This document shows, one piece after another, positions 1 through 9,603 of a DNA stretch of 40,065 nucleotides (the stretch's first letter is position 1; each line of letters opens with the position of its first letter). The stretch spans positions 1 through 40,065 of the IMG/VR virus record IMGVR_UViG_3300038336_000082, one strand, 5' to 3'. This DNA comes from a virus (Duplodnaviria; Caudoviricetes). The translations under genes and the position numbers were made by a program. A model generated the notes under the pieces. It saw only the letters and a program-made list of their open reading frames with translations, was not told the origin of the DNA and made no database searches.

Positions 1-46
1 TGTGGCGGGGCGTGATAGCGCGATGGCAAAATGCGCGATAAATCAC
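1..46 (+). repeat. Terminal inverted repeat (methyltransferase end)
   Basis: tgtggcggggcgtgata...gcaaaat...cgataa matches the reverse complement of the window end, tgtggaggggtgtgata...gcaaaat...cgataa (15/17 identical at the tip). Confidence 0.85.
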
Positions 47-75
47 TTCCCAAATTCATTTGATTGTATCAAGGT

Positions 76-879
76 TCATTTGATTATCCCCGCCGCCGAT
101 CGATATTTACCCTCCTCATAGTTCCTGATCAGCAGCTCTTTTACACTTTTTTTCTTGTTTGCGCCACCGGCAGTATATGTCGTCCCGACTGCCTCGATTT
201 TAAACCCTTTGAACAAACTCCGGATGTCCGGGACATCATTTATCGACATTATAAATTTACCCTTTATTCCAGCCAATATATCCTTCAACCGGCCAAAGTC
301 TTCCCGGCTGAATATCCCTTTGCCGTAATAATCCTCAAAGCCATAATAAGGAGGGTCACAATAGAAGAAGGTGTCAGGCTTATCAAATCGGTTAATAATG
401 GCGTCAAACGGCCTATTCTCCACATATACCCTAGAGAGACGAAGATGCACCGCTGATAACTCCTCTTCGATCCGCAGCAGATTGAGTCGCGGGCGTGACG
501 TTGTGGCTATATTAAAGGATGGGTTTTCCAATCGCGCTGCAAATCCGGATTTTAAAAGATAATAAAACCGCACTGCCTTCTGGATATCCGTCAGAGTATC
601 CGGATTCTCCAGTTTGAAACGTTCGAATTCATCCCTGGCCATGAGTATCCATTTTAAATAGCGAATAAACTCTTCCAGATGGAGTTTGACCACTCTATAT
701 AATGTAACCAGATCGGTATTGATATCGTTGATTATTTCAACGTTTGATTCTTCCTTCCGAAACAGCAGCCAGGCCGCGCCAGCGAATACTTCACAATAGC
801 AATTATGATCCGGAATCTTTGTGATGATCTTCTTTGTTAAAAGCGATTTTCCGCCCATGTACGCGAGAAAACTATTCAT
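76..879 (-). CDS. D12-class N6-adenine DNA methyltransferase (Dam-like), in the Mu mom position
   Basis: YMGGKS, EVFAGAA, INDIN and DPPY motifs. Start refined to ATG 879 because GGAGG lies at 885-889. Confidence 0.93.
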   Translation of the reverse strand: MNSFLAYMGGKSLLTKKIITKIPDHNCYCEVFAGAAWLLFRKEESNVEIINDINTDLVTLYRVVKLHLEEFIRYLKWILMARDEFERFKLENPDTLTDIQKAVRFYYLLKSGFAARLENPSFNIATTSRPRLNLLRIEEELSAVHLRLSRVYVENRPFDAIINRFDKPDTFFYCDPPYYGFEDYYGKGIFSREDFGRLKDILAGIKGKFIMSINDVPDIRSLFKGFKIEAVGTTYTAGGANKKKSVKELLIRNYEEGKYRSAAGIIK

Positions 880-891
880 GCGATCCTCCAT

Positions 892-1025
892 TGATTTATG
901 GGATGCCGCCTGATATATTCCGGCCCTGGTTCACTGGGTGGATGGTAGCAGGTCATCCTGTCTTGCGAGTATTGATCGCATGGTTTTGGGAGTTGGCGCT
1001 CCCATAATTACTGTCCGCCTTTCGC
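892..1025 (-). promoter_or_regulatory. Structured leader upstream of the methyltransferase
   Basis: Three adjacent hairpins at 949-960, 964-980 and 987-1004. Confidence 0.45.
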
Positions 1026-2405
1026 TTAATATTTAATGATCATCATCCTTGTTGTATTTACCGGGCGTGTTTCGTTTCCGCCTGTTGAACCTGTAGTTTT
1101 AGATGATGATCCGCCAAGCCCATCACCAGCGCTACCGTCACCATACATTTCATCACGTGTTGCTGTTTTAGCTGGCATAGCATGTGTGTGCGCCTTTAAA
1201 GCTTCGGCTTGTTCAGTCCCGACATGATCTCCTGATGTTCCATCTCCGCGATCCGTCCGGCTGGCTCTATCAGGATCAATGGCCGCACCATGATCCCATA
1301 CACGAAGGAACATACCTCTGGAATCCGGCAAATTAAAGGTAGTGCTTCCATCGCCAGAGCCATACATTGTGCTAATTACTGCAAATAATGCAGCGTAGGT
1401 TGTGCGCGATATTGCCGCCCCGTTTTCTTCCAGCCATCCTGCCGGGGGTGTTTCTTTCGGCCAAAACATTTCTGCGCCAACCGGTATAGTTGAAAGAGGT
1501 GTGTCCAATTGATAATAGGTACCGTCATGATGAACGGTAATAATGCCTCCAGCCTGAATATCGCCTGACTGAAGGGCCGTTCCATCTTTCCTTTTGATTG
1601 CTATCGCGCCCGGCCCTGGATTAAACGTGCTTGCGCCGGTGTTTGCGTTAGTAGCCTTAAAAGTAAGCGGCAGACCGGCAATATGCGCCGTTAAAGCCGG
1701 GGAATATGTGGCCACGTACGCATTCGCCGAGCCGGTATCAGCCGCGTAATATAAAGTAGGCGTGGCAGATTGTAATTGATAATAGGTACCGTCGTGCTGA
1801 ACGGTAATGAGGCCTCCAGCCGGAATATCGCCGCGTTGTAAAGCGGTACCATCTTTCCTTTTGATTGCTATCGCGCCCGGCCCTGGATTGAAAGTGCTCG
1901 CGCCGGTATTTGCGTTAGTAGCCTTAAAAGTAAGCGGCAGACCGGCAATATGCGCCGTTAAAGCCGGGGAATATGTGGCCACATACGCATTCGCCGCGCC
2001 GGTATCAGCCGCGTAATATAAAGTAGGAGTGGCAGATTGTAATTGATAATAGGTACCGTCATGCTGAACGGTAATTATGCCGCCAGCCGGAATATCGCCG
2101 CGTTGTAAAGCGGTACCATCTTTCCTTTTGATTGCTATAGCGCCCGGCCCTGGATTGAAAGTGCTCGCGCCGGTATTTGCGTTAGTAGCCTTAAAAGTAA
2201 GCGGCAGACCGGCAATATGCGCTGTTAAAGCCGGGGAATATGTGGCCACATACGCATTCGCCGAGCCGGTATCGACGGCGTAATCAATCGGACATGAGCC
2301 GTCAACATCGCGGCCATCATGGCGGTGATTTTGCATCGCATTTAAAAATGCCGCTGTAACGAGCGTCCCTGGAGAGACAGAATCCTGAAATGGTGTTTTA
2401 CTCAT
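1026..2405 (-). CDS. Tail fibre protein with three 89-aa repeats and a tail-collar domain
   Basis: Follows the gp48 homologue; collar motif PVGAEMFWP...PAGWL..NG.AISRTTYAALF...TFNLPDSRG; HTH motif near the C-terminus. Confidence 0.88.
   Translation of the reverse strand: MSKTPFQDSVSPGTLVTAAFLNAMQNHRHDGRDVDGSCPIDYAVDTGSANAYVATYSPALTAHIAGLPLTFKATNANTGASTFNPGPGAIAIKRKDGTALQRGDIPAGGIITVQHDGTYYQLQSATPTLYYAADTGAANAYVATYSPALTAHIAGLPLTFKATNANTGASTFNPGPGAIAIKRKDGTALQRGDIPAGGLITVQHDGTYYQLQSATPTLYYAADTGSANAYVATYSPALTAHIAGLPLTFKATNANTGASTFNPGPGAIAIKRKDGTALQSGDIQAGGIITVHHDGTYYQLDTPLSTIPVGAEMFWPKETPPAGWLEENGAAISRTTYAALFAVISTMYGSGDGSTTFNLPDSRGMFLRVWDHGAAIDPDRASRTDRGDGTSGDHVGTEQAEALKAHTHAMPAKTATRDEMYGDGSAGDGLGGSSSKTTGSTGGNETRPVNTTRMMIIKY
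1507..2283 (-). repeat. Near-identical tandem triplication, 267-bp period
   Basis: gataataggtaccgtc recurs at 1511, 1778 and 2045. Confidence 0.95.
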
Positions 2406-2417
2406 ATTGGTCTCCTT

Positions 2418-2942
2418 TTATGCGTAGGCATAGATGACTTGTGTGTGCGCCGGTTTTATATCTGTAAAAAGCCCTTCTAGCGCTGAGGCTATTCCGGCAT
2501 CAATCAGAGGGTCACCGGCGCGTGATTGCCCGGCCCTGAAATAGATCACCGGTATTCCTGTAAAAGTGACCCGCCAGCGGAAACGGCCTTCCAGTCCATA
2601 TCCATCAGTGTTCGGCAGTAGCTCCTCGATTGTCACGGTATAACCCATTGTCTCCGCCAGTGCGGCAAAATAGGGAAGGGACAATCCGCCGCGTTCGCGC
2701 AGTCTGGCGATTACCCGCAACTGGCGCGTCTGCAGGAGGTCGCCTGTGGCGGGTATAAGGCCGCAAACCCGTTCCCAGTCTTCTATGGTACTATCGCACG
2801 ATTCCGGGAAGGCCTCTCTTAATAACAATTCCGCGCTGGCTTGAGCGGCATCCAACTGTGCGCCTTCCAGGGCAAGATCGTCATCGAACACGCCGCCGAG
2901 GGCTATCGGTAATAATGATTTTAGTACATCCTTATGAAACAC
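2418..2942 (-). CDS. Baseplate wedge protein, Mu gp48/YmfQ (DUF2313)-like
   Basis: DWERVCGL, GGLSLPYF, GQSRAGDPL and KPAHT motifs; synteny. Confidence 0.88.
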   Translation of the reverse strand: MFHKDVLKSLLPIALGGVFDDDLALEGAQLDAAQASAELLLREAFPESCDSTIEDWERVCGLIPATGDLLQTRQLRVIARLRERGGLSLPYFAALAETMGYTVTIEELLPNTDGYGLEGRFRWRVTFTGIPVIYFRAGQSRAGDPLIDAGIASALEGLFTDIKPAHTQVIYAYA

Positions 2943-4131
2943 TGATCGCTCCTGGTCTGATCATCTGATATGTGGTGGCTGAGACATCCGACGCCGGTGT
3001 GGAGACTGTCGCGTTTGCCGCGCCCGCGTCCATCGCGATCTGCACGAGTTTAGCCTTGTACAGCGTCTGTCCGGGTATCATTGTATTCATATAAGCTTCG
3101 ATATTGTCGGCAATGGCAGCCAGATCAATGCCCGTACCGGTGGCAGTCATTGTAACGGCCTGTGTGACCGGTGTCGGCGCGAAAATGGTCACTTTAGAAG
3201 CCGTTACCGGGCGCAACGGATCGATGTATGATTTAACCTGCGCGACAAGGCCTTTAATGACGTAGCTTTTACCCGTGGCGAGGAAAATATCATCGGTCAG
3301 CGTAGCCTGCCCGGCTGCGTCTACGGTATCAATGGTGGTTTCTGTATTGTCCGTTATGTTTTCTACTATGTCGCCGGGTTTGACGGTGTAAGTAGAATCA
3401 GTGAATGCACCGGCGCTGTCTACCAGTTTGCCCGCGCTAATAGAGGTGTTAACTCCTGTATGCGAATGGATAATATAAGGCTCACCGGCATATTTAAAAA
3501 TATCAGCCACCAGCGTCAACTGAATGGCGCTGTCCACGGTGGATACGGTAGTCTGCGTCCCGCGCAGCGGATTTTCCACGATATCACCTGCGGCCACGGC
3601 GTGGGCTGTTGTGAACGTGCCCGCAGAGTCTTTTAATTTGCCCACTGTAACTGATGTCGTCACACCGATCCGCGCCGATGAGCTGGGAATCTCGCTGCCG
3701 GTTGTGTCGACGTCAGCCAGGATAATCACGTCCACCGTGCCCAAACCCTGACCCAGTGGGACGCACCAGGCCTGGGCGACACCGTCGATCTCTTTTGCCC
3801 ACTTGATATAATCGTATTGATTGCCGCCTGCCGGTGGACGGCGGATATATTCGAGGATGCGCGCCAGATAATCGGCATCGGTTTCGCCAACGTTGCGGGA
3901 TATTCCGCGCACCCAGCCGTGATGCTCAAGATACGCGGTCTCCGCCGTGTCCGGAAACATCTGCTTTGCGATCCAGTCCTGATATTTATAGAGACCCCAA
4001 AGAGCCGATGCCAGGCAAGCGCTTTTCATATAGATTAGGCTGCCCTGGGAAAGGTCGGCCTCCGGAAACTGATTTTGCCAGTCCGTTAAAATGGCCGCGA
4101 AGAGTGTGTCAAAATCTTTTTGAAAATCCAT
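2932..4131 (-). CDS. Baseplate J / Mu gp47-like protein
   Basis: FPDTAE..YLE.H, ETD..Y.ARI, PPAGGN..DY..WA, GTVDV and RPVTA motifs. Confidence 0.9.
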   Translation of the reverse strand: MDFQKDFDTLFAAILTDWQNQFPEADLSQGSLIYMKSACLASALWGLYKYQDWIAKQMFPDTAETAYLEHHGWVRGISRNVGETDADYLARILEYIRRPPAGGNQYDYIKWAKEIDGVAQAWCVPLGQGLGTVDVIILADVDTTGSEIPSSSARIGVTTSVTVGKLKDSAGTFTTAHAVAAGDIVENPLRGTQTTVSTVDSAIQLTLVADIFKYAGEPYIIHSHTGVNTSISAGKLVDSAGAFTDSTYTVKPGDIVENITDNTETTIDTVDAAGQATLTDDIFLATGKSYVIKGLVAQVKSYIDPLRPVTASKVTIFAPTPVTQAVTMTATGTGIDLAAIADNIEAYMNTMIPGQTLYKAKLVQIAMDAGAANATVSTPASDVSATTYQMIRPGAISVS

Positions 4132-4132
4132 A

Positions 4133-4501
4133 TCAAATTACCTCTATAAAAGTTGAGAAGGCCACCGGCGCAGCGCCGGAGTATGGTGTCACTTCAATGA
4201 GCAGTTTCAGCCGGTTTAAATCCTCTGTCCGGTCGCGCTGGGCGTAGACATTCACGGCTGACGCTTTACCGGCGTCGATCATCCACTGCAGGGCTTCCTT
4301 GCAGTAATCAATTGCCAGGCGCATGGTTGTATCGGTGTTTTTAGCTCTCTGGAGCAGATGCAGGCGGGAGCCAAAAGAAGTATTAGCAAAAAATGATCCG
4401 CGCGCGACGACCAGCGATAAATAGATGTTGTTCATTATCGTTTCGACCTTGTTAAAGGTCATCGCGCCGATGCCACTCTCTGTTGTTATAGCAAAATCCA
4501 T
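4133..4501 (-). CDS. Mu gp46-like baseplate protein
   Basis: GSRLHLLQRAK and YCKEALQWMID.G.A motifs. Confidence 0.9.
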   Translation of the reverse strand: MDFAITTESGIGAMTFNKVETIMNNIYLSLVVARGSFFANTSFGSRLHLLQRAKNTDTTMRLAIDYCKEALQWMIDAGKASAVNVYAQRDRTEDLNRLKLLIEVTPYSGAAPVAFSTFIEVI

Positions 4502-4503
4502 AT

Positions 4504-4974
4504 TTACCCTGCCTTTGTGACGGATGTGCCTACGTTTGCAGTGAGCAGCGCCTGATCAGGAGCGGAGCCACCGTTGTGTGTATGTGCCAGTAACCAGGTA
4601 ACAAGCCGTTCATCCATTAGGTATCGCGTTGTGCCGCCACCTAATATGATTGCAGGGCTATCGACCTTTACTTCCGCGCCACTTACGATTTCTATTTTTC
4701 TGTCACGCTTCAAATGAATTTTGTCACCCTCATCGGTATAGATTGCGACTTCGCCGTCTTCGAGCGCTATGCGGTACCGGCGATCATCGGAGGCAATCGC
4801 CACAATATGATTGCCTTCCCGGATCATGATAATTTCCGCGCCTTCTTTGGGACGCGACGTGAATCCGTAGTGCTGGAAATACTCTCTGTCTTCAAACGAT
4901 TCATCCGTCCGTCCGGACGCGGTAAAGAGTTTGATTAAGCCTTCAGTCACTGAGGTTACAATGCCACGAATCAT
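4504..4974 (-). CDS. Mu gp45-like baseplate spike
   Basis: QHYGFTSRP..GAE, DDRRYR..L..GEVAIY and C-terminal HTH motif. Confidence 0.9.
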   Translation of the reverse strand: MIRGIVTSVTEGLIKLFTASGRTDESFEDREYFQHYGFTSRPKEGAEIIMIREGNHIVAIASDDRRYRIALEDGEVAIYTDEGDKIHLKRDRKIEIVSGAEVKVDSPAIILGGGTTRYLMDERLVTWLLAHTHNGGSAPDQALLTANVGTSVTKAG

Positions 4975-6041
4975 GCTACCACCCCCGGTACGCCGAGTTT
5001 TACCTTCGTGATCGGGCCGGTTTGCTTATCCAATTCAAACGTGCGGCCATAGATCAAATAATCGCCGTCGATATATTGTTTTTCGTCTTTGATCCTGCAC
5101 ATCTTGTTAATTGCCCAGTTCTGGCCGTTCTGGCTGTGTCTGCCGACTGTATAAACAAGACGCGTGCCTTCCCTGCGGTGTTTTTCCATGATAACTCTGG
5201 CGCGTTCTTTAGGGCTTAGATTATCGTTATTGTCCGTAGTGACAAACGGTTTATAGAATGGAAATGTCGGGTCAATACACGGAGTACCTTTGTTGTCCGT
5301 GTTGATCCCTGAAGGATTAGCAATTGTCGGTGCGCCCTGTTGCTGGCCGACAACGATATATTTAGAGTAGCGCCTGGATATATCCTGCGCCACTTCGGAT
5401 TCGATCACGTTATTGCCCCTGCCGCTTTTAAGCATCGTTAACGTGTATTCCGGCGCTCCTTTGGCCAGCGGGCGTCTAAAGACTAACTGTCCTTTTTCGG
5501 TACAGTAAAACAACATCCCACGGCTCAGAGAATAATTTTTAAGCACTTCAAAGATGGTCATGCCCGCTTCGATATGGCCGATCTTCTGGGCAGTATCTAA
5601 CGCGGACAAAAAACCTGATCCTGTAGCTTTTTTCCCTTTGAGCGTACCGACGACATTTTTCTCATAGTCAATGGATTTAAGTGAGATAAAAGGAGCTTTG
5701 GCTAAAAGAAGTTCTGCCAGGGTTTTTAGTTTCATATTCTTGGTATCAACAAATGACTCGCAGTAAGCATCCACCAGCCAACCCATGAAATCACGGCCTT
5801 CCACCGCTAGAGATTCGCCGCTCTTATTGACTTTGCGATGCACCTTGTCAATGATGCCGGTCAACTCTAAATTGTTGTTTATCCATAAATCACATTGTTT
5901 CCCGGCGGTGATTACCGTTTCCGGATTGGCCAGCTCGAGGTGAAAAGCATCGGCGGGCGTGTACAGATCCGCGTTGATGGAATACTTTAAAAAGTGTTCT
6001 ATTTTAATGCCACCAATTTTTAATTCGACCTTATCGGGCAT
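4971..6041 (-). CDS. Mu gp44 (gpP) baseplate hub
   Basis: ADAF.L.L, GIIDKV, VEGRD and GNNV motifs; start taken at MPDKVEL (track starts at 6059). Confidence 0.85.
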   Translation of the reverse strand: MPDKVELKIGGIKIEHFLKYSINADLYTPADAFHLELANPETVITAGKQCDLWINNNLELTGIIDKVHRKVNKSGESLAVEGRDFMGWLVDAYCESFVDTKNMKLKTLAELLLAKAPFISLKSIDYEKNVVGTLKGKKATGSGFLSALDTAQKIGHIEAGMTIFEVLKNYSLSRGMLFYCTEKGQLVFRRPLAKGAPEYTLTMLKSGRGNNVIESEVAQDISRRYSKYIVVGQQQGAPTIANPSGINTDNKGTPCIDPTFPFYKPFVTTDNNDNLSPKERARVIMEKHRREGTRLVYTVGRHSQNGQNWAINKMCRIKDEKQYIDGDYLIYGRTFELDKQTGPITKVKLGVPGVVA

Positions 6042-7323
6042 AGACAAAGACCTCACCATCAGCGAAGTTCGGGTTTTGAATATTTCTGTTAACCTTCAGT
6101 AAACGCTCCGCGTCTGTGTAAGGCAGGCCATACTTCAGGCAGACAAGATGCAACGGCATGGGGTTATCCAGCGTTACAGCGATCATTTTCTCGCGTTCCA
6201 GACGAACAGAGTTGATCTGAGTAAGCAGGGCCGCCGCCATTGTTTTGAGGCTGTCCATTTCGCGGGCGACTTCCACAGCCGCTTCGATCCGCGTGCGGAC
6301 GATGGCCAGCGTCTCTTCCAGTTCCCGGATATTCATAACTTGAAAATCGGGATCACCGTCCCGGAAGGCCTGTTCATCGGCGGCATAGATTGCGGCGGCT
6401 TCCAGCGCCAGACGCTGGGCACAGGTGATCTGCAAATGTTTAGTCATGGTTTCTGAGGCTGACTGCCCACTTACGGATTCGCCGAGATCAACGTAAGAAT
6501 CCTGCAGATCATCGAAGGCATCGTTTAACTTTGATATGAACTGGCGCGGATAATTCCACGAAGAATCGAACAGTCGCGCAATCTTTTCCACGGCGCTGGA
6601 ATGAGATCCCAAAATTCTACCGGGAAGATTATCAGCATAGATAATAGTAGCCTGAAGCGAGTTAAGAGGGCTGAGTTCCTGATTGGCTACGGCCTGAGAT
6701 ATGGCAAGGTAATCTTCCACACTGCCGACAAATACCCGCGCCTGTCCGGAGAATTCCTGCATCTGCACCAATAACCCGGTGTCTGCATCCAGTATTTTAG
6801 TAACGGCCCCGGCGTCGGCGGTAGGTATTGCGGCCTTGATGTCGTAAGCCAGGGTGTTTAGTTGCTGATCCTGCCCTGTCAGATATGCGTCTTCCACTGC
6901 AGATAAAACGCTTTGCGAAGACGCGACATTCAGCGCTCCGCGCATCTGCTCGACAAAGGATATGTCCAGTGAAGCCTTGCGGATGCTGTCGTCATGCATG
7001 ACGGCAATGGATTCGATCTTCCCTTTGAGCAATCCGTATTTAGGATGCACAAAATCAAGCAGGTCTTGAGTTGCCAGAGAGTCTAATAATGTTTTATGGT
7101 CGGCATAGGTTTGCTGTTCGGCGTCATCCCAAAAATAACAGCGCACGCGGATGGTGTGGGCTTTTTGACCCATGTCTTCCAGATCCGCACCGTCTGCATA
7201 GGGATAGTCATAGCGGGCGATCGCTTTTTCAAAATTATCTTCAATGGTTTCCATCTGGATAAATAAATCATTGAGATATCCATGATCGAGGTCTAAAGAT
7301 GTTTGATCGAAATCTAATGCCAT
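6031..7323 (-). CDS. Mu gp43 (gpN) DNA circularisation protein
   Basis: YPYADGADLEDMG, VHPKYG and C-terminal N.NI.NPNF motifs. Confidence 0.9.
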   Translation of the reverse strand: MALDFDQTSLDLDHGYLNDLFIQMETIEDNFEKAIARYDYPYADGADLEDMGQKAHTIRVRCYFWDDAEQQTYADHKTLLDSLATQDLLDFVHPKYGLLKGKIESIAVMHDDSIRKASLDISFVEQMRGALNVASSQSVLSAVEDAYLTGQDQQLNTLAYDIKAAIPTADAGAVTKILDADTGLLVQMQEFSGQARVFVGSVEDYLAISQAVANQELSPLNSLQATIIYADNLPGRILGSHSSAVEKIARLFDSSWNYPRQFISKLNDAFDDLQDSYVDLGESVSGQSASETMTKHLQITCAQRLALEAAAIYAADEQAFRDGDPDFQVMNIRELEETLAIVRTRIEAAVEVAREMDSLKTMAAALLTQINSVRLEREKMIAVTLDNPMPLHLVCLKYGLPYTDAERLLKVNRNIQNPNFADGEVFVYAR

Positions 7324-7377
7324 TGTGTCGCTTCGCTCCTTGTGAAGGGTGAATAGAAAACCATCTACTCATCCACG

Positions 7378-9057
7378 TTACACCGCGAAAAAATTTCCGC
7401 GAAAAATATTTATTTTAAAATCGGCGCCATTACTACCATCGGCAAACAATTTTAAATCCTTATCTAATTTCAGATTAATTGTGTTTTTAACCTCTGTTTT
7501 TGCAGGTTTTTCCGCCTTATGCAAAAAGTCATAGAGCATATCGCCCCATGCCCCTTCAAACACCTCCAACTGTTTTCCACCCGTTAATGTTTTATTGATC
7601 CAATTATCGCCGCTGCCCCCGCGTAACGCATTAACCAGCGACGTCACTGCTGTAGCGGATGCCACTGTAGCTGCAATAACGGCACCCACCGTCCCTATTA
7701 CCGGGGCCAACGCCACTAGTCCCACTTTATCGAGGACACCCGGTACGCCAACACCGCCAGCTGGCATATTTGTAACGAAGACTGGTGTGACGCCTGCTAC
7801 TTCTTGCAATGCTTTTCCTTCGGCAACGCCTATGGCGGTTTTGCCAAAACCACCGAGCACTTTTTTTATTGTGCCAAAGCCGAGAGCGCCGAGAACACCG
7901 AGGGATAAAGCGGCTGCGCCGTAGCCTGCCGCCTTTGTGACACCAGGATGATCCGCCGCAAACTTGACCGGTTTTTTGGCCAGGTCGTATATAAATTTCA
8001 AATCTGTTTTGATTGAACCGAGTTCGCTCTTGACTCTTTCCAATTGTTTGAACCACGCCGCATCGGCGGCGGCGGATCGTTCAGCGGCGATCTGCGCGGC
8101 GTGGCCCATTTCGTCCATACCCTTTTTGAAATTTTCTTTCTGGCTGAAGATAAAATCGAGGCGCTGGCGGGAATTCGGGCCGAATGTTTTGTCAATGACT
8201 TCGTCGTATTTGCTGGAACTCATCGTCTTGCGCATCTTTTGCAGATAGGCTTCGAGGTCTTTTAATACTTCGAGCTGATCACGCCATTCGCCCGTTTTTT
8301 TATCTTTAACCTTAATGCCGCTGGCTTCCAGGATGTCGGCCTTATCCTGTATCGCGCCCAGTGTTTCATTGAGCTGCATGATAACACGCGGATTACTCAT
8401 GCCCGCCATATTCAGGCCGCGCAGCATGCCAAGGGTTTGTATATAATCTTTTTTCGACCCGCCGCGAAGAACCAGACGCTGCATCATGGTATCAAGGGAT
8501 TCCACGTCTACACGGGAAGCGACCATCGCGTCTGCGACGCCTTTTGCTTCTTTTGCGGTGAGTTTGTATAGCTTCATGATCTGAACAATGCGATCCTGTA
8601 CGACATCATACGGCGCTTTCATCGCATCGGCGGCTTCGTCAGAGATCTTCACGATTTCCAAAATTTCATCCGGTTTGTAATTAAAAGATAATTTATATGC
8701 CGACTGAAAAGCTGTGCCCTGTTCAATACCGCGTTCACCGGCGACAGCCGCGATCTTAGTTTTTAAGTCATCAAGCTCCTTGCCGGTCAGTTTTAGATTT
8801 ACTTGCATCCGAAGAAGCGCGTCGTCGATAGGCATATAATCGGATAGGCCAAATAATTTTTTCAAAACAAGTCCGCCGGAAAGAGCGGCGGCGGCATTGC
8901 CCAAAAATCCAATATTCTGCGTCAGATTTGCGACGACGGAGGCAGCACGGGAAGCGTACTGTTTGAACCCTTCCAGCGACCGTTCACCCGCTTTTAATCC
9001 GCTTTGAAACTTGTCTGATTTCGTGATCAGTTCCAGGTATACTTTTAAATCAGGCAT
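7378..9057 (-). CDS. Tail tape measure protein
   Basis: Helical Ala/Gly/Lys-rich protein with a PVFVTNMP motif, between the chaperone and gpN. Confidence 0.87.
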   Translation of the reverse strand: MPDLKVYLELITKSDKFQSGLKAGERSLEGFKQYASRAASVVANLTQNIGFLGNAAAALSGGLVLKKLFGLSDYMPIDDALLRMQVNLKLTGKELDDLKTKIAAVAGERGIEQGTAFQSAYKLSFNYKPDEILEIVKISDEAADAMKAPYDVVQDRIVQIMKLYKLTAKEAKGVADAMVASRVDVESLDTMMQRLVLRGGSKKDYIQTLGMLRGLNMAGMSNPRVIMQLNETLGAIQDKADILEASGIKVKDKKTGEWRDQLEVLKDLEAYLQKMRKTMSSSKYDEVIDKTFGPNSRQRLDFIFSQKENFKKGMDEMGHAAQIAAERSAAADAAWFKQLERVKSELGSIKTDLKFIYDLAKKPVKFAADHPGVTKAAGYGAAALSLGVLGALGFGTIKKVLGGFGKTAIGVAEGKALQEVAGVTPVFVTNMPAGGVGVPGVLDKVGLVALAPVIGTVGAVIAATVASATAVTSLVNALRGGSGDNWINKTLTGGKQLEVFEGAWGDMLYDFLHKAEKPAKTEVKNTINLKLDKDLKLFADGSNGADFKINIFRGNFFAV

Positions 9058-9234
9058 TATTTCTTGCTCTTCACTGAATATTTTTTGCCGCTTGTTTTCG
9101 GTTCTTTCATCTCTTTGGCCGCGTTAAGATATTCCATCGTTACCATTATCGGCATCGTCAAAACATCTTTTAACTCAAACCCCATATCTAAGAGAGCCAA
9201 TATGACCTTGCGGCTATTTTTTGTTTTCGGCGCG
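9057..9234 (-). CDS. Frameshift extension of the tail assembly chaperone (not in ORF track)
   Basis: Open +1/-2 frame APKTKNSRKVILALLDMGFELKDVLTMPIMVTMEYLNAAKE...KSKK*; its TAA overlaps the tape-measure ATG (TAATG). Confidence 0.7.
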
Positions 9235-9540
9235 AAAGGATTTGCGCTTCGCGTCCAACCTCTCTTCCGCTGCGCGCAGTTCGTTGAAATTATCCTGACT
9301 CATCGACATCAATAGATCGCCCGTGATCTTATCCTTTGGTATGCTGCCAAGAGATACGAGCATATTGGCGAGCACGCATACACTCAAGTATTGAGGGTTT
9401 TTCACCGCTCTCGCTGTTACGTCCGCATCATCAAAAACAGAAATCGCATCGCCCACGAGCTGTTCGCGTATTTCATATCCGCTATGTAATGTCCCGTCGT
9501 ATTCTATTCCGTCCGGAAGAGTTCCTTTTTCGGTAAACAT
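9214..9540 (-). CDS. Tail assembly chaperone (Mu gp41-like)
   Basis: GTLPDGIEYDG..H N-terminus; lies between tube and tape measure. Confidence 0.8.
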   Translation of the reverse strand: MFTEKGTLPDGIEYDGTLHSGYEIREQLVGDAISVFDDADVTARAVKNPQYLSVCVLANMLVSLGSIPKDKITGDLLMSMSQDNFNELRAAEERLDAKRKSFRAENKK

Positions 9541-9563
9541 AATTTAATCTCCTCGTTATTCCT

Positions 9564-9591
9564 GGATTGCCCGGTCAGGCCGGGCAATGAC
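9564..9591. repeat. GTCATT-tagged palindromic repeat (variant)
   Basis: ggattgcccggtcaggccgggcaatgac between tube and chaperone genes. Confidence 0.8.
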
Positions 9592-9603
9592 AGGAGGTTG
9601 TTT

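Noticed and set aside
882-1041. GATC sites at 882, 974 and 1038 as a mom-type Dam/OxyR switch
   Set aside because: They are widely spaced and GATC is common throughout this genome.
1026-2405. Diversity-generating retroelement or invertible G segment at the tail fibre
   Set aside because: No reverse transcriptase, Avd or invertase; the repeats are in-frame tandem copies without adenine-specific variation.
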